From a virus (taxonomy: Duplodnaviria; Caudoviricetes), in IMG/VR virus record IMGVR_UViG_3300006851_000005, positions 1 through 35,346 of that record: a stretch of DNA of 35,346 nt; one strand, 5' to 3'. Made by a program: the position numbers and the translations under genes. Below the pieces are notes generated by a model. The model had not been told where the DNA came from and searched no databases. It worked only from the letters and a program-made list of their open reading frames with translations. This document shows, one piece after another, positions 34,206 to 35,346 of this stretch; the stretch's first letter is position 1, and every line of letters starts with the position of its first letter.

Positions 34206-35346
34206 GCCGCCAGCTTCGCTACAGGACTTCATAGCGCAGTCCCCGAACCGTGACGCGCCGCATCACCTGAAGCCGCTTACAGATCTGTTTGAGCAGATTC
34301 GCGCAGGCGGGCAGGTCAACGCGCTCCTATCAGTGCCGCCGCAGCACGGGAAGTCAGAAACGGTGTTGCACGGCCTCGTCTGGCTCATGCTGGCGCAGCC
34401 TGAGAAACGCCACGCGTACGCGTCGTATGCGCAATCATTCACGCGGGACCAGGTGATCATTGCGAACCGCGTAGCGGAACAGCACAACCTGCCGCGCGAC
34501 CGTAGCACCCTGGACAGGTGGGGCACCCCGGAGGGCGGCGGTGTCACCTGGACCAGCCGGGGTGGCCCCCTCACAGGCCGGCCGGTAGACGGGCTGCTGC
34601 TGGTAGACGACCTGCTGAAAGACCGGCTGGAGGCAGACAGCGCCCTGATCAGGCGCCGGGCAATGGACTGGCTCAGTTCGACTGCGTTCACACGGCGGCA
34701 TCCGAGCGCTAGTACCATCGTGCTGGCGACCCGCTGGCACCCTGACGACCCTATAGGGCAGCTCATGCGCAAGCACGGGTGGGAGGTAATCAACCTGCCC
34801 GCGATCCTGCCCACAGGCGAGGCCCTATGGCCTGAGCACAGGCCGCTGGACTGGCTGGCAGAGCAACGCAGCAGCCTCCTCGAGGATGACTGGTACGCCC
34901 TATACATGGGCGCGCCCCGCAAGCCTGGCAGCGCCCTGTTCAAGCCCGCCGGGTGGTATCACGCTGAGGACCTACCGCGCGGCCCGTACCGCGTCGGTTA
35001 CGGGTTCGACGCCGCATACACCGCCAAGAGCACCGCTGACTACACGGTGCTGATCGAAGGCCGCCTGTACGATGACGGCCGCATTTACATAACAGATCTG
35101 ATGCGCGTTCAACTGGACGTAGAGGACCTGATACCCGCCCTGAAAGCCCGCGGCGTGCGGCGCCTCACCTGGCGCCGCAGCGGCACTGAACGCGGCCTCG
35201 AGAACAGCCTGAAACGCGCCGGCATTCAAGTCCAGGCGCTGAACGCCACCACAGACAAGCGGGCTGCAGCCACCCCCGCTGCTATCGCCTGGAATCAGAA
35301 CCGGATCCTGCTGCCCACCGAATTCGCGGATGAATGGGCCTACATC
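34123..35346 (+). CDS. terL: Terminase large subunit, N-terminal part (about 454 aa in total, ending at 264 across the junction)
   Basis: GGAGG plus GTG 34123; Walker A PPQHGKS, Walker B LLLVDD, ATRWHPDD and nuclease GFDAAY motifs. Missing from the ORF track because it runs off the end. Confidence 0.93.
   Translation, partial: MALRMRTLSRLQALQRKVGAAARVRSTEPPASLQDFIAQSPNRDAPHHLKPLTDLFEQIRAGGQVNALLSVPPQHGKSETVLHGLVWLMLAQPEKRHAYASYAQSFTRDQVIIANRVAEQHNLPRDRSTLDRWGTPEGGGVTWTSRGGPLTGRPVDGLLLVDDLLKDRLEADSALIRRRAMDWLSSTAFTRRHPSASTIVLATRWHPDDPIGQLMRKHGWEVINLPAILPTGEALWPEHRPLDWLAEQRSSLLEDDWYALYMGAPRKPGSALFKPAGWYHAEDLPRGPYRVGYGFDAAYTAKSTADYTVLIEGRLYDDGRIYITDLMRVQLDVEDLIPALKARGVRRLTWRRSGTERGLENSLKRAGIQVQALNATTDKRAAATPAAIAWNQNRILLPTEFADEWAYI
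35224..35346. repeat. Terminal direct repeat (assembly overlap), copy 2
   Basis: Identical to 1-123. Confidence 0.95.

Noticed and set aside
35224-35346. 123-bp terminal repeat as a biological direct terminal repeat
   Set aside because: It falls in the middle of terL and is most simply an assembler overlap of a circular contig.

Overview
This window is an apparently complete ~35.2 kb GC-rich tailed-phage genome of siphovirus type. Bases 1-123 are identical to 35224-35346, so the assembly is circular and the terminase large subunit spans the junction. On the + strand come portal, a MuF head protein fused to a HExxH metallopeptidase-like domain with a small coupled downstream ORF, scaffold, HK97-fold capsid, neck and tail genes (with a clear -1 frameshift tail chaperone), a 1116-aa tape measure, tail-tip genes and a lysis block (Amidase_3 endolysin, membrane proteins, lipoprotein). 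A - strand early/accessory region (20.9-24.5 kb) is built from repeated terminator-promoter-stem-loop-RBS cassettes and includes a Gam-like gene. A leaderless HTH regulator diverges from it and heads the + strand replication module: AAA ATPase, DEDDh exonuclease, initiator with iterons, helicase-loader-like protein, adenine methyltransferase, a truncated second methyltransferase, VRR-NUC nuclease and TerS/TerL. I see no integrase, partition system, tRNA or CRISPR array. The most notable candidates are the modular early cassette array with covarying 5' RNA hairpins, the MuF-protease with a putative immunity gene, a putative antisense-RNA/leader-peptide control unit in front of the initiator, and a methyltransferase with tandem repeats and a G9 tract. 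All product calls come from motifs and synteny read by eye; no database search was run.
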